Assembly: GCA_038087875.1 (NCBI GenBank)
Contig: CM075991.1
Coordinates: forward strand, 13,952,001 to 14,016,000
From: Malacoraja senta
Taxonomy: Eukaryota
Direction: 5' to 3'
DNA: 64,000 nucleotides
Shown: in pieces, positions 36,996 to 50,105 of the stretch
Layout: each line of letters begins with the position of its first letter
Position numbering within the stretch: the first letter of the stretch is position 1
Notes under the pieces: generated by a model
Seen by the model: the letters and a program-made list of their open reading frames with translations, nothing else
Databases searched by the model: none
What the model was told of the DNA's origin: nothing
Translations under genes and position numbers: made by a program

Positions 36996-38299
36996 TGCTG
37001 TATTGAAACAGCAGCGCTGGAAACCCCATCGAATAATGAGAGCCTGACAGAGTGGATGTGGAGAGGATGTTTCCATCAGAGGGAGAGTCTGGGACACGAG
37101 GGCACAGCCTGATAATAAAAGGACGTACATTTATGAATGGAGACGAGGAGGAATTTGGTGAATCTGTGGAATTCATTGGCCACAGACAGCGGTGGAGGCC
37201 AAATCATTGGGTATGTTTAAAGCAGAGATTAACAGGTCCTTGATTAGTATGGGTGTCAAAGGTTACAGGGAGAAGGCTGGAGAATGGGGTTGGGAGGGCA
37301 AGATAGATCAGCCATGATTGAATGGAGGAGCTCCACCATGGCTGATCTATCTTGTCCTCCCAACCCCATTCTCCAGCCTTCTCCCTGTAACCTATGATGC
37401 CTGTACAAATCAAGGACCCGTCAATGGCCTAATTCTGCTCCGAGGTCTTATGAACATAAACTCAGGTTATTTCAGGAGCAGCAGGGCTGGGATGGCATCT
37501 GATCCCAAGTTGTCTATTGTGTGCCTGTCCTGGGCTAAACCTTCCTTGCCGTTATGCTGCTCAAGGCTGTGGTGCCAGACACTCTGGCCAGGACCGATCT
37601 TTCTCTCCCCGCGTCTGACTGGCTCAGTACAGTTGCAAATGTCTTGAGCCTTGTGTTTTACTGTTGCTGTTGCTAAATAGATAATTGTATTAAAGTTCTG
37701 AGATTCCACATAAACCAGGGCAGCCTCAGCCAAGGATAAACAACTCGAGAGCAAACTAGCTGGGAGATGTGATGTGAGCTTTGAGCTTAGGAGTCGGCAG
37801 CCACACAATGGTTAGTTTTTTCTTTCTAAAATAAAATTGTTTGTAGCTTGGACTTGTTTTGTGAACCTCACCCAGGCCATTATGAGTGATAAACCACAAG
37901 ATTAAACCCCATCCCCATAGAAATAAAGGCAGGAAGTGCTGGGAATTTATAGTGTGTTAGTCAAAGGCATTGAGAAAAATGGGGCAAAGGTGGCGACTTA
38001 ACTTGCCGAGCACCGTGCGACAGGCGCAGCGGCAGAGCCGCCACCGCACAGTGCCAGAGTCACGGGTTCGATCCTGACTACGGCCGCTGTCTGTGTGGTG
38101 TTTGCACATTACCTCACGCTGCCTCGGCAAGGCCAGCAGCATAATCAAGGATGAATCGCACCCCGGCCACTCCCTCTTCTCCCCTCTCCCATCGGGCAAA
38201 AGGTATAGAAGTGTGAAAACGCACACCTCCAGATTCATAGACAGTTTCTTCCCAGCTGCTATCAGGCAACTGAACCATCCTAAGCCGACTGGGATTATA

Positions 38300-38695
38300 T
38301 TCACTGGAATTTAGAAGGATGAGAGGGTATCTTGTAGAAACATATAAAATCCTTAAGGGATTTGACAGGCTAGATACAGGAAAAATGTTCCTGATGTCGG
38401 GGGAGTCCAGAACCAGGGGTCACAGTTTAAGAATAAGGGGTTGGCCATTTAGGACTGAGATGAGGAAAAATGTTTTCACCCAGAAAGTTGTGAATCTGTG
38501 GAATTCTCTGTAACAGAAGGCAGTGGAGGCCAATTCACTGGATGTGTTCAAGAGAGAGTTAGGTATAGCTCTTAGGGCTAACGGAATCAAGGGATATGGG
38601 GAGAAAGCAGGAACGGGGTACTGATTTGGGACGATCATATTGAATGGTGGTGCTGGCTCGAAGGGCCGAATGGCCCTATTTTCTATGTTTCTACA
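38300..38695 (+). mobile_element. CR1 LINE 3' fragment
   Basis: LEFRRMRGYLVETYKILKGFDRLDTGKMF...RTRGHSL. Confidence 0.85.
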
Positions 38696-39754
38696 TTTCC
38701 ATGACCACGAGAGAGCAGTCCTGAACTACTATCTACCTCATTGGTGACCCTTGGACTATATTTGATCAGACTTTTACTGGCTTTACCTTGGACTAAATGT
38801 TATTATGTGTCTGCACACTGTGTATGGCTCAATTGTAATCATGTATTGTCTTTCCGCTGGCTGGTTAGCATGTAACAAAGGCTGTTCACTGTACCTCGAT
38901 ACTGTACAATAAACTTAACTGAGCTGCCTGTGACTGCGTGGGTTTTCACCAGGTGCTCCGGTTTCCTCCTATTCTCCAGAGACATACAGGTTTGTAGGTA
39001 AATTTGTTTCAGTAAAAATTGTAAATTGTCCCTAGTGTGAAGGATAATGCTCGTGTACGGGAAGATTGCTGGTCGGCGCGCACTCGGAGGGCCTGTTTCC
39101 ACGCTGAATCTCTAAACTCTGGAGCCTATCAGAGAGAGGTCTCTGCCAAACTCCATCCTCCCTCATTTTAAGATCTGAAGAAGGGTCTCAACCCGAAACG
39201 TCACCCCATTCCTTCTCTCCAGAGGTGCTGCCTGTCCCGCTGAGTTACTCCAGCGTTTTTGTGTCTATTTTCATGTCGTTAATCTTTCCTGCTTCTCTGA
39301 TTAAAACATAGATGCTGCTTATCTCTCTCCAACCAACACCTGCCTGAGACACAGACCTGGCCTTGAACTCATTGTCAGACTCAATATTGTAGCCAGTAAA
39401 CATGTGCGTATCCCGTGTGGAACTCAAACAGTACAGGACATCCTGAACATATGCACATTCACCGCACACATCATCTCCTGCTTTCACCTCCCACACCCAG
39501 CAATACAGGAGGCACTTCTATCTTCTTCCTGCAAAATACAGGGTCTAGTCTAGTTTAGTTTCCTCCCACACTCCAAAGACGTACAGGTTTGTCGGTTAAT
39601 TGGCCTTGTTAAAATTGTAAATGTGTGGGATAGCGTTAATGTGCGTGGATCGCTGGTCGGCGCGGACCCGGTGGTCTGAAGGGCCTGTTTCCGCGCTGTA
39701 TCTCAAAACTAAATGGACTTAAAATGCTGGCGTAACTGGTGGTAAGTTGTCGTG

Positions 39755-40025
39755 ACGGCCGAGTTGCTGCTTTACAGCGCCAGAGACTCGGGTTCAATCC
39801 TGACTACGGGTGCTGTCTGTACTGAGTTTATACTTTCTCCCTGTGACCACGTGGGTTTTCTCCAGGTGCTCCGGTTTCCTCCCACATTAGGTTGCAGGTT
39901 AATTGGCTTCAGTAAAATTGTCCCCTGTGTGCAGGATAGTGCCAGTGAGCGGGGATCGCTGGTCGGCGCGGACTCGGTGGGCCGAAGGGCATGTTTCCGC
40001 GCTGTATCTCTAAACTAAACTAAAA
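39755..40025 (+). mobile_element. HE1-like V-SINE
   Basis: B box, V core and (ctaaa)n tail. Confidence 0.8.
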
Positions 40026-40702
40026 CTCATAGGATCAGGTAATGTCTCCGGAGAGAATAGACAGGTCGGGAACCTCCTTCACACATTTGGTCGACGTACG
40101 TCAGATGTTAAGTCTACTTTGGTGGAGAGAAAATAGCAAGAGAAACAAGACAGTGTGAAGGTCCCCAAATTGTAGTCACACAATACAGAAAATAACATGG
40201 GGCTCTTAAAGATAGGGGGATGAAGGCAGGGTCGGGGTACAGATTGGGGATGATCAGCCTTGATCACATTGAATGGCAGTGCTGGCTCGAAGGGCCGAAT
40301 GGCCTCCTCCTGCACCTATTGTCTGTTGTTGATTGTCTATTGTACGGTGCATTAATCAGATGACTCTGAACGTCAGATGGTAGCTGAGAGAATGTATTTA
40401 CAGTGTGCACTCGGGATCTCTCATGGAGCAATGAATCATGAAAACAGCTAGGAGAAGCAGGTAGATCTTGCAACGTGGAACAAAGTAGGTTTAATAAATG
40501 ATCCAAGATTAATTTCAGCTTGTGAGGGAAAATTCAAAATTCCACTTTGTTTAGTTGAAGGGTGGTGAATCTGTGGAATTCATTGCCACAGAAGGCTGTG
40601 GAGGCCAAGTCAGTGGATATTTTTAAGGCAGAGATAGATAGATTCTTGATTAGTACGGGTGTCAGGGGTTATAGGGAGAAGGCAGGAGAATGGGGTTAGG
40701 AG

Positions 40703-41103
40703 CAAAGATCCTACAGCGAGCAAGATAGGTCCACTCGACGAAAAAGACGTAGTACGGTCATGGGCAGATTCATGGGTAATTTAAGGCCCCATTTCCGTAA
40801 CCGGCTTCCGTCTCCGCACCAAAGATCCCATAGGATAATAGTGTGGAGACGGAAGCCGGTTATGGAAACATCCTCATAAAAATAAAAGTTATTTGGTAAA
40901 AATCTTCTCCTCATTTTCAGAATTTTAATCTATTAACACAAACTGTTCCCCCGCAACGTTGATTACACTGCGAGTCGGGTCGGGTCGGGTCGGGTCAGGT
41001 CCGGTTACGGAAATGGATGAAAAAAAGGCCCACGTTCCGTTCCGTTGCGTCCTACACGTCAGCCCATTGCATTTAGCAGGAGTGGTCTATCTTGCCATAG
41101 GTC
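40703..41103. mobile_element. Unclassified non-autonomous DNA element with terminal and internal inverted repeats
   Basis: gcaagataggtccactc (40720-40736) pairs with gagtggtctatcttgc (41080-41095). Internal 28-bp stem. Interrupts a CR1 tail. Confidence 0.6.
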
Positions 41104-42056
41104 AGCCATAGAAACATAGAAAATAGGTGCAGGAGTAGACCATTCGGCCCTTCGAGCCTGCACCGCCATTCAATATGATCATGGCTGATCATCCAACTCA
41201 GTATCCTGTACCTGCCTTCTCTCCATACCCCCTGAACCCTTTAGCCACAAGGGCCACATCTAACTCCCTCTTAAATATAGCCAATGAACTGGCCTCAACT
41301 ACCTTCTGTGGCAGAGAATTCCACAGATTCACCACTCTCTGTGTGAAAAATGTTTTTCTCATCTCGGTCCGAAAAGACTTCCCCCTTGTCTCGTTGCATC
41401 TCCCCTTTTCCTAGTCGGCCACCATGAGTGAATGGCGGAGTAGACCTGATGGGCCGAATGGCCTAATTCTGCTCCTATCACTTATGCCCTCAAGCAATGT
41501 CCATTGGGGAAAGCACACAGATATTATACACTTAGAACGATTGGTTCAAAGTCTCTTTACAGCCACTATGGTACTACCTGTAAAGACGGTGTAATGCAGG
41601 ATGCAATCAGTCACTTGGGGCAATCGGTAACAGTAACACAACCAACTGTCACAAGTAATCAACAGGAATAGGTAACGTTTCAGGTCAAAACTATTCCCTC
41701 TCTCCAGAGATGCTGCCTGGCCCACTGAGTTACTCCAGCATTTTGTGGCTATCTTCGGTGTAAACCAGCATCTGCAGTTCCTTCCCACACATTTTGTCTG
41801 CTCCACTGCGAGATCTCCTCAAGCTATGCCGACTTTGAAGACGTTCTTCTCCTCTCTCCGACGAGAGTTCTTGCTGCTCCCCCCGCTGTGGTTCCTCCTG
41901 CTCTCCGACTCTACCACCACCTTTTAACCCGGACTCGCACCTCTTCCACTGCCAACAATGGACCATTGTGGGCTCCACCTTTCCTTGGTAATCGGTGCCG
42001 GCTCTGATTTGTTCTGAACCTTTTCATACCTGCAGTTTCCCACCCCACCTGACCCT

Positions 42057-42092
42057 CAGTCTGAAGAAGGGTCTCGACCCGAAACGTCACCT
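42057..42092 (+). ncRNA. Penelope-type minimal hammerhead ribozyme motif (representative consensus copy)
   Basis: CTGAAGA-A-GGGTC-TC-GACCC-GAAACGTC: CUGANGA core, stem II, GAAA, palindromic ACGU in place of stem III, GUC triplet. Stem I is weak. Confidence 0.6.
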
Positions 42093-42640
42093 ATTCCGTT
42101 TCTCCGGAGATGCTGCCTGACCCGCTGAGTTACTCCAGTATTTTGTGCCTTTGTTGCATCTGATTGGTGTGTAACGCTCCTAGCCCACACACACAGCGGG
42201 AGATTCCACGGCAGGTGGGAGACTGCCCCGTACATGTTCAACCACCCCAGCCTCTGATCATTATTGAGGGAGCTCGAACCCTGGACTTGAACACTTGCTT
42301 TCACCCACCAAGCCAACTGCAACCATGGGAACTTTCCAAAGGCTGTTGGCTCAGGAGCACGTATTTGGGTGTCAGAAGTATATATGAGTGGTTTAATCTA
42401 ATGCAGATGGAAATCAAATTGGAACTTTGTGCAGATTGTGTCAAGATTTGTGCATTACCCTGAGGCTACTCAAGATCCAATACTTCTACACCTTACAGAT
42501 GTTGACAGCATATATCACCCATACTGCCCCGTGCTAAAAATACAACACTACTCGCTCTTTACCACTGCTTTGTATTTGACTGCAATATACTCTGGATAAG
42601 CCACCGTCTAGAATCTAAACATTAAAGACAGAGGTACATA

Positions 42641-42880
42641 CAGGGCTGCCAACATTGGGTGAGAGTTGGGAGTGAGAAATTGCGAGAGACCAAGCTTGAG
42701 GGAGCGCAGCTTGGGGGGGGGGGGGAGGGTTTGGGAGGGGGGTGCCCCCCCCCCTCCCTTTGGTATGGAGCTTTTGCATTTTTCAGCTTTGAATTGTGCA
42801 ATCTGGTGCATACTGTAGCTAGTCTTTTAACTTACACTTGAATGCAATATTTATGCTTTAAATTGGATAGAAATAGTCAG
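42641..42880 (+). mobile_element. hAT-like transposon left end
   Basis: Begins cagggctgccaac, followed by gtgaga subterminal motifs. Confidence 0.5.
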
Positions 42881-44185
42881 TGAGGTAAACAAACATAATA
42901 GTTGAGTGGCAAATAACAATAGTGCTACCTTCCCAATATTTAACTGAGGAAATATGTTGTGACAGACAGCCTGACACCTTGCATGTCATTTAATATTACG
43001 CTTATCCCATCCCCCTGGATATTCCAGATGAATAAATTAAGGTTTTGTCAACTAATTACATCAGGCAAATTAAAAATCAATAACATTAGCCAATTCCGAA
43101 ACACGAAGAGCTGAGCATTGGGATCCAGACATCACGGACAACTGGCCTCAGTTCCCCGCTCACATCTGGCAGGGTTCTCTGTCTGAACCAGGGGCCGCGG
43201 AGCGTTTTTGAAAGTGGGAGGGCTGAATGATCTCTAATCACTGGCCTTGGGGGTACCCGGCGAGGGAGTGGAGCGATCGAGTGGGGGGAGGGTGTAGGAA
43301 CTTTTTGAAATTTGATGTATTAAAATCATCTTTTAGTGCACTGTAGAAGTATGATTTCAATGTTTTTTGTTTTAAGTATTTTTAAGAGGTAACTTTTTAA
43401 GGGGTAACATTTTCCACACAAAGGGTGGTGGGTGTATGGAACAAGCTGCCAGAGATAGTTGAGGCAGGGACAAACCCAACATTTAAGAAACAGTTAGACT
43501 GATACATGGATAGGACAGGTTTGGAGGGATATGGACCAAAAGCAGGTAGTGTAGCTGGGACATGTTGGCGGGTGTGGGCAAGTTGCACCAAAGGGCCTGT
43601 TTTCACACTGTATCACTCTATGACTACATTACACCTCCACCATGCATGAATGTTTCAAAATCAAGTGGTCGGGTTTTATTGCCATATACTCAAGCATGGA
43701 AACATGGAAAATAGGTGCAAAAAGAGGCCATTCGGCCCTTCGAGCCAGCACTGCCATTCAACATGATCATGGCTGTTCATCTAAAATCAGTACCTCTTTC
43801 CTGTTTTTTCCCCACATCCCTTGATTTTGCTAGCCCCAAGAGCTAACTCTCTTGAAAACATCCAGTGAATTGGCTTCCACTGACTTCTGTGGCAGAGAAT
43901 TCCACAGATTCACAACTCTCTGGGTGAAGAAAGTTTGCCCTCATCTCAGTCCTAACTGGCCTACCCTTTATTCTTAAACTGTGTGACCCCTGGTTCTGAA
44001 CTCCCCCAACATCGGGAACATTTTTCCTGCAGTTACAGTAAGTGAAAATCTAGCAGGCAAGCAGGATGCTTTCTCCAACCACCCCCATTTGAAGGCCACT
44101 ATCTTCCACCGTTTCTACCCAGTGCTTGGTACCTACTTCCAGCAGCCACTGGTTGTCCTCCAGGATGCACCGAGCCGCAGCCTGA

Positions 44186-44350
44186 AGGGCCTGTCCCTCT
44201 TAGGCGATCTTTTGGGCGACTACAAGCGACAGTGGCAATAATTTTTGCTGTCGGAGGTTGTCGTAGGATGTCGCGAGGTGTCGTAGGTGAATGCTCGTAA
44301 TTTAGTCGAATGACAGTCGACTAAAGAGTCGCCTCAATGGGACAGGCCCA
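44186..44350. mobile_element. Harbinger-like MITE
   Basis: agggcctgtccctcttaggcga...tcgcctcaatgggacaggccca. Confidence 0.65.
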
Positions 44351-46059
44351 TAAGTGCGTGGGAATAGCGTAGATCAGGGGAGCCATGACCAGCTGCGTCA
44401 ATCATTGTCCAGCCCACTCTCCAAGTCGCTGATAGACACAAAAAGCCGGACTAACAGCCAATTTCCTCTGTGTGTCTGTGGACGGACTCCAAGCACCAGA
44501 GGCACATTGATCTGCGGTGCTGCTCGATACGTGATTGGCTTTGTGGAGATCAGCGCCAGATGTCACCGTGTCCCGGCACTCGGCCCTACACAGCCCTGCT
44601 AGCCGGACAGGGTTCAGTTTAGAGATACAGCGCGGAAACAGGCCCTTCGGCCCACCGAGTCTGCACCAACCAGCGATCCCCGCACATTAACACTATCCTA
44701 CACACACTAGGGACAATTTACATTTATACCAAGCCAATTAACTAGACCTTCAGTCTGAAGAAGGGTCTCGACCCGAAACATCACCCATTCCTTCCCTCCA
44801 GAGATGTTGCCTGACCCGCTGAGTTACTCCAGCACTTTGTGTCTAACGGTTTAAACCAGCATCTGCAGTTCCTTCCTACATGTGTACCTGTCCAAATGCT
44901 GTTTAAATGTCATTGTGGTAATGTCAAGTGTAGAATGAAGACAAGAGTGTTTAGCTGTTGCGTGCAGCGACATCAGAATAATGACAATCTCAGTTGCTGC
45001 ACCTTAACAGGCCGGTTAAAGCAACAACACATAGATACATGTAAATAGATTGAGTTAGTTTACTATTGCCACCTGTAGCGAGGTACAGGGAAAACCTTTT
45101 GTTGCGTGCTATCCGGTAAATGCAAGCAAGCCGCTCACAATGTACAGATAAAGGAGAACGGGCGCAACATATATATAATCAATAATACAATGGATTAATA
45201 ATCAGTAATATTGGGTAATCATCCCGGCACATCAGCAGAGGCCCAAGTATTAGCATTACAATTAATGCCCCACATCGATGGAGACCCGGGTTCGATCCTG
45301 TTCTCAGGTGCTGTCTGTGTGGAGTTTGCATGTTCTCCCTATGACCGCGTGGGTTTCCTCCGGGTGCTCCCGTTTCCTCCCACAGCTCTGGTTTCCTCCC
45401 ACATCCCAAAGACGTGCGGGTTTGTAGGTTAATTGGCCCTCTGGATTCGAGGGGCCGAAGGGCCTGTTTACACACTGTATCTTTGAACTAATTATAATAT
45501 TGAACAAATCAAGACTTACCTATCGGATTTGAACATGAACAATATTATCCTAAGGTTGCAGAGTATTTGAACGACATTTACTGCATAATCCCTGAGGTTA
45601 TTCTTTGTAAAGTGAAGGGCAAAGTTCATCTCTACAAGTTTCATTTTCTGAAGTTAATTTGCAGTTTATATTTACCATCTTGCCTTTGCTTATTTGTTCC
45701 CACGATACATGAATCCAATTTAAAGACAGATATCAACTAATTTCCCCTGATTGAGTATGAATATCGATTTCTTTAACATCCCCTCTCTCTCCGTCCCTCC
45801 CCCACCCGACTACTACCTGGTACTCGCTGCAAAGTTGTCTTGTTGGGTCTCATTGTGTGAGAAAGAACTGCAGGTGCTGGTTTAAACCGAAGAGAGACAC
45901 AAAATGCTGGAGCAACACAGCGGGACAGGCAGCATCCCTGGAGAGAAGGAATGGGTGACGTTTCGGGTCGAGACCCTTCTAAAGATTTCGGGTAGAGACC
46001 CTTAGAAGGGTCATGACCAGAAAAGTCACCCATTCCTTCTCTCCAGAGACACTGCCTGA

Positions 46060-46491
46060 TCCATGCCGGTCACCAGGACGAATTCGGCACAGAGACTAAC
46101 GGCAGCGGCGCAACGCTTCCGACGCCTCCGACGGCCCGGGACTCAAATTCCTATCAACTTGTTGACATGGCAATAAACTTCTTGAATCTTGAATCTTGAA
46201 TCTTGCACTGAGGCTGCTCCGTGGCCGGAGCTGCAGCAAGCGACTCGCCAGCCCCGCAAACACTCGCCAGCCCGGCAAACACTCCCCCCTCTGCCCCCGC
46301 CGCTGCGTCTGCTTCCATCCCTCCCTCAGCCCCGCTCTCAAACGCCCGCGGCCCATGCACTTAATATGAGTTTTGAAATTCTCGTTGATCACAGAATTTC
46401 TCACGGCAGAGTGTGAGAAATTTGTGATCAGCGTGAGAGTTTGTTGAAATGAGTGAGTCTCACGCTCAAAGCGTGAGAGTTGGCAGCCCTG
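46060..46491 (+). mobile_element. hAT-like transposon right end
   Basis: Ends gttggcagccctg (reverse complement of 42641-42653), with repeated gtgaga motifs. Confidence 0.5.
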
Positions 46492-48390
46492 GTGCATATA
46501 ATACTCACACACTGGGGAAATAGAAAGTATTCTTGTTGATGTTTGGTGGACTGTATGGGGTTGGAGGACCCATTGCTCCTCCCGTGCAGCAGGTGCGCTA
46601 CACAGAACAAAGGGAGATGTTTTGTATATAGTTGATCCTGTGGGCAGACATTATGCAGGCAGCCATTGTGACCAGTCTTGCTGCCAGCACTGAGTGAAGC
46701 ATTAAAGACTTCTGTTGTAAACTAAAGACTCTCAAGTGTTTGTGCTGACCTAGAAGATGAACACGAAAATTCTCTGGCAGAGAAATCTTAATAACTTGAA
46801 CAGTAGATTTGTCTCCTCCCTTCCAAAGCCCACTGATCATGCCTCAGCTATGGTGGACACCTTAGAGCCATTGATCTGTACAACGTGGAGAAAGGCCCTT
46901 GGGCCCAACTCATCCAGCCTGGAGGTAGACACAAAAAGCTGGAGCGAATCAGAGGGTCAGGCAGTATCTCTGCAGAGAAGGAATGGGTGACATATCGGGT
47001 CGAGACCCTTCCTCAGACTGGTGTCTATCTGTCCATTTTGTTGCGTTTGGTCCATACTCATCTAAACCTTCTCCGAGTCCCAGGGCAGCCAGATCAAGGC
47101 ATACCCCAGGTCTGCGGGTGGTCATCTGGGTTGAACGCATAAACTGTGCTCAAAAGTGAGCTGCCTCCCATCTACACCGGATGACCAAGAGGCTGGTGGA
47201 GTGTTGAAGAATGCCACCTTCAGATGATGGACATCCAACGATGGCCATGTGGGCAGCTTTGTCTGATGTCCAGTTTGGTTTGTGTTTGTTTAGTGTTAGT
47301 TTAGTTTAGTTTATGATCATACAGCATGGAAACAGGACCTATGGCCCAACCGACCAACATATCCCATCTATATTAGTCCCACCAGCCTGCGTTTGGCCCA
47401 TATCCCTCTAAACCTGTCCTATCCATGTACCTGTCTAAATGTTCCTTAAACGTTGCGATAGTCCCAGCCTCAAGAGAGAGCTAGATAGGGCTCTTAAAAA
47501 TAGCGGAGTCAGGGGATATGGGGAGAAGGCAGGAACGGGGTACTGATTGGGGATGATCAGCCATGATCACATTGAATGGCGGTGCTGGCTCAAAGGGTCA
47601 AATGGCCTACTCCTGCACCTATTGTCTATTGGCTATTGTCTATTGTCAACTGCCTCCTCTGGCAGCTCGTTCCTTTCACCCACCACCCTTCCTATGAAAA
47701 AGTGAAAAAGTTATCCCTCAGGTTCCTATTAAATCTTTCCCCTCTCACTAAGTTTAGACTAGATTCAGTTTAGAGATACAACATGGAAAGAGGCCCTTTG
47801 GCCCACCGAGCCCACGTTGACCATTGATCACCCATTCGGGCTTGCCCTATGTTTCCCCATTTTCTCATTAACTCCTTACAAGCATTTACAGAGGGGCAAT
47901 TAACCTACAAACCCGCACGTCTTTGAGAAGTGGGAATAAACAGAGAGCGCCCGGAGGTAGCTCACCGGGAGAGCGCGCAAACTCCACACAGACAGCACAG
48001 CACCCGAGGTCAGGATCATACCCGGGTCTGTGGCGCTGTGAGGCCGCCGCTCCGTGCTGTTCTCCGGCCGGCAGTGTGGAGGATGCGGTAGGGATTCCAA
48101 CGGAAGTCCACGCCGACCCACTTCAAACACCGACACAACTCCAGGGCATGGAGTTTCAACGCAGCGCGGGTGGCACGGTGGTACAGCGGTAGAGTCACTG
48201 CCTTACAACGCCAGAGACCCGGGTTCAATCCTGTCTCCATGTGCTGTCTGTACGGAGTTTGCACGTTCTCCCTCTGACCTGTGTGGGTTTTCTCCAGCTG
48301 CTCCGGTTTCCTCCCACACTCCAAAGACCTACTTTGGGCTAATTGGCTTGGTATAATTGTAAATTGTTCCTGGTGTGTGTAGGATAGTTA

Positions 48391-48555
48391 AGGTCCCACT
48401 TGGGCGTCATATGTGCGTCACGCAGATGGCGCGCAAAGATTTTGTACATCCCAAAATGCTGGGGCGCCGCGCGCAACCGCGCGTCACTGCCTACGTCACC
48501 ACGCGAAGTTGCGTAAATGATGTCACGTAAATGACGCCCAAGTGGGACAGGCCCT
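48391..48555. mobile_element. Harbinger-like MITE with TTA TSD inside a V-SINE (about 48168-48628)
   Basis: TTA|aggtcccacttgggcgtcat...atgacgcccaagtgggacaggccct|TTA. Confidence 0.78.
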
Positions 48556-50105
48556 TTAGTGTGCGGGGATCGCTGGTTAGCATGGACTCGGTGGGCCACA
48601 CTGTATCTCTAAACTAAAATAAACTAAAAATAAATACTCCCCTGACTCTCAGTCGGAAGAAGGGTCTCAACCCGAAACGTCATCTATCCCTCTTCTCCAC
48701 AGACGCTGTCTGTCCCACTGAGTTACTCCAGGATATTGTGTCTTTCCGGTTTAAACCAGCATCTGCAGGTCCTTCCTACACATATCTAAATGGTCTTTGC
48801 ACCGAGACCTCGTCCTGCTAGTCTGAGCTGGATCTGAGTGAGGAAATTCCATCACCTGGAGATGAATCATTAGGAGTCCTCCTCCCAGTTACTAGTTTAA
48901 TGATCAGTGGACTCGCAGAGCAGAAGGGGCAAAACTCCATAAAATAATGCTTTGAGCAGTTGGAAACAAAACCTTTCCAGGCAAACTCCACCAAGGACCA
49001 TTTTCACCCCAGTTATTCCTTCTTCTCCCCTCTCTATTCAGACAGAACATATAAAAGATTGAAAGCACTTACCACCAGATTTAGGAACAGCTTCTTTCCC
49101 CGCTGGTATCGGACTGCTGAACAATTACAATGTCATTGACAACATGGAAACAGGCCTTTCGGCCCAACTTGCCCATGCTGACCAAGGTGCCCCATCTACA
49201 CATCCCATCTGCCTGCATTTGGCCCATATCCCTCTAAACCCTTCCGATCCATGTACCTGTCCAAATATCTGTTAAATGTTGATATAGTTCCTGCCTCAAC
49301 CACCTCCTCTGGTGCTCATTCCATATACCTATTACCCTCTGTGTGAAGAGGGTTATCAGAAACTAATGTGTAGTCATGATCTTCCAATCTGCCTCATTGC
49401 ACCCCCTGCACTTTAAAAAAAAATCTGCACTTTCACTTTAACTGTAATGCTATATTCTACACTCTGGTATTTTTCTATTTGCATTGTCGTTCATGCTTGT
49501 GTATGGCTGTGACTGTACTCGTGTTTGAATTGACTGGGTAACAGGCAAAACAAACCTTTACACAGTATCTCGACACACATGCCAATAATCGACCAATACA
49601 ATACCATCTGTTTCTCCTCTTTTGTCTTCAAACTCCATCTGCTGCTTTCTCCTCACTGGCTCTCGGCCCGGCACTGTCTTAGATTAATCTCATCCTTGGC
49701 AAAACCCCAACTAATCTTTGCAAGCCTCCTTCATCACTGCCTCTCCGCCCCAATCCATCAGTCTTTTGACTGCAGCTGTTTCTCACCAGGACGAACTGTA
49801 CAATCCACTCCATTTTTGATGCCCTGGTCCTTATTCCTCAGCTTTGTGATACCAAACGGGAAGCACCTGGTGGGTCTGTGGAGACTGCCGGGTCAGAGCC
49901 GCGCGTCCAGACCGACCATGGAGTGCAGTAGCAGCACCTCGCCCGTGGCCGCGTCGTTCGGCAGCCCCGGCCAGCTGTCCGACCAGAGACTGGCCCCTGC
50001 TCATCCCGTGAGGCCCCAGAGAACCAGAGAGGAGGAGGACACAGAAACATAGCAACATTGGTGCTGGGGTAGGCCATTCGGCCCTTCAAGCCGCCACCGC
50101 CACTC

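Noticed and set aside
47094..47171. MGGSSLLSTVYAFNPDDHPQTW mini-ORF as an alternative TACC1 start
   Set aside because: The only donor-like site (G|GTATGC) is weak and phase 1, incompatible with the phase-2 acceptor of exon 2.
49600..50040. Unique GC-rich block as a possible exon
   Set aside because: Splice signals are weak and inconsistent on both strands, and no peptide is recognisable.
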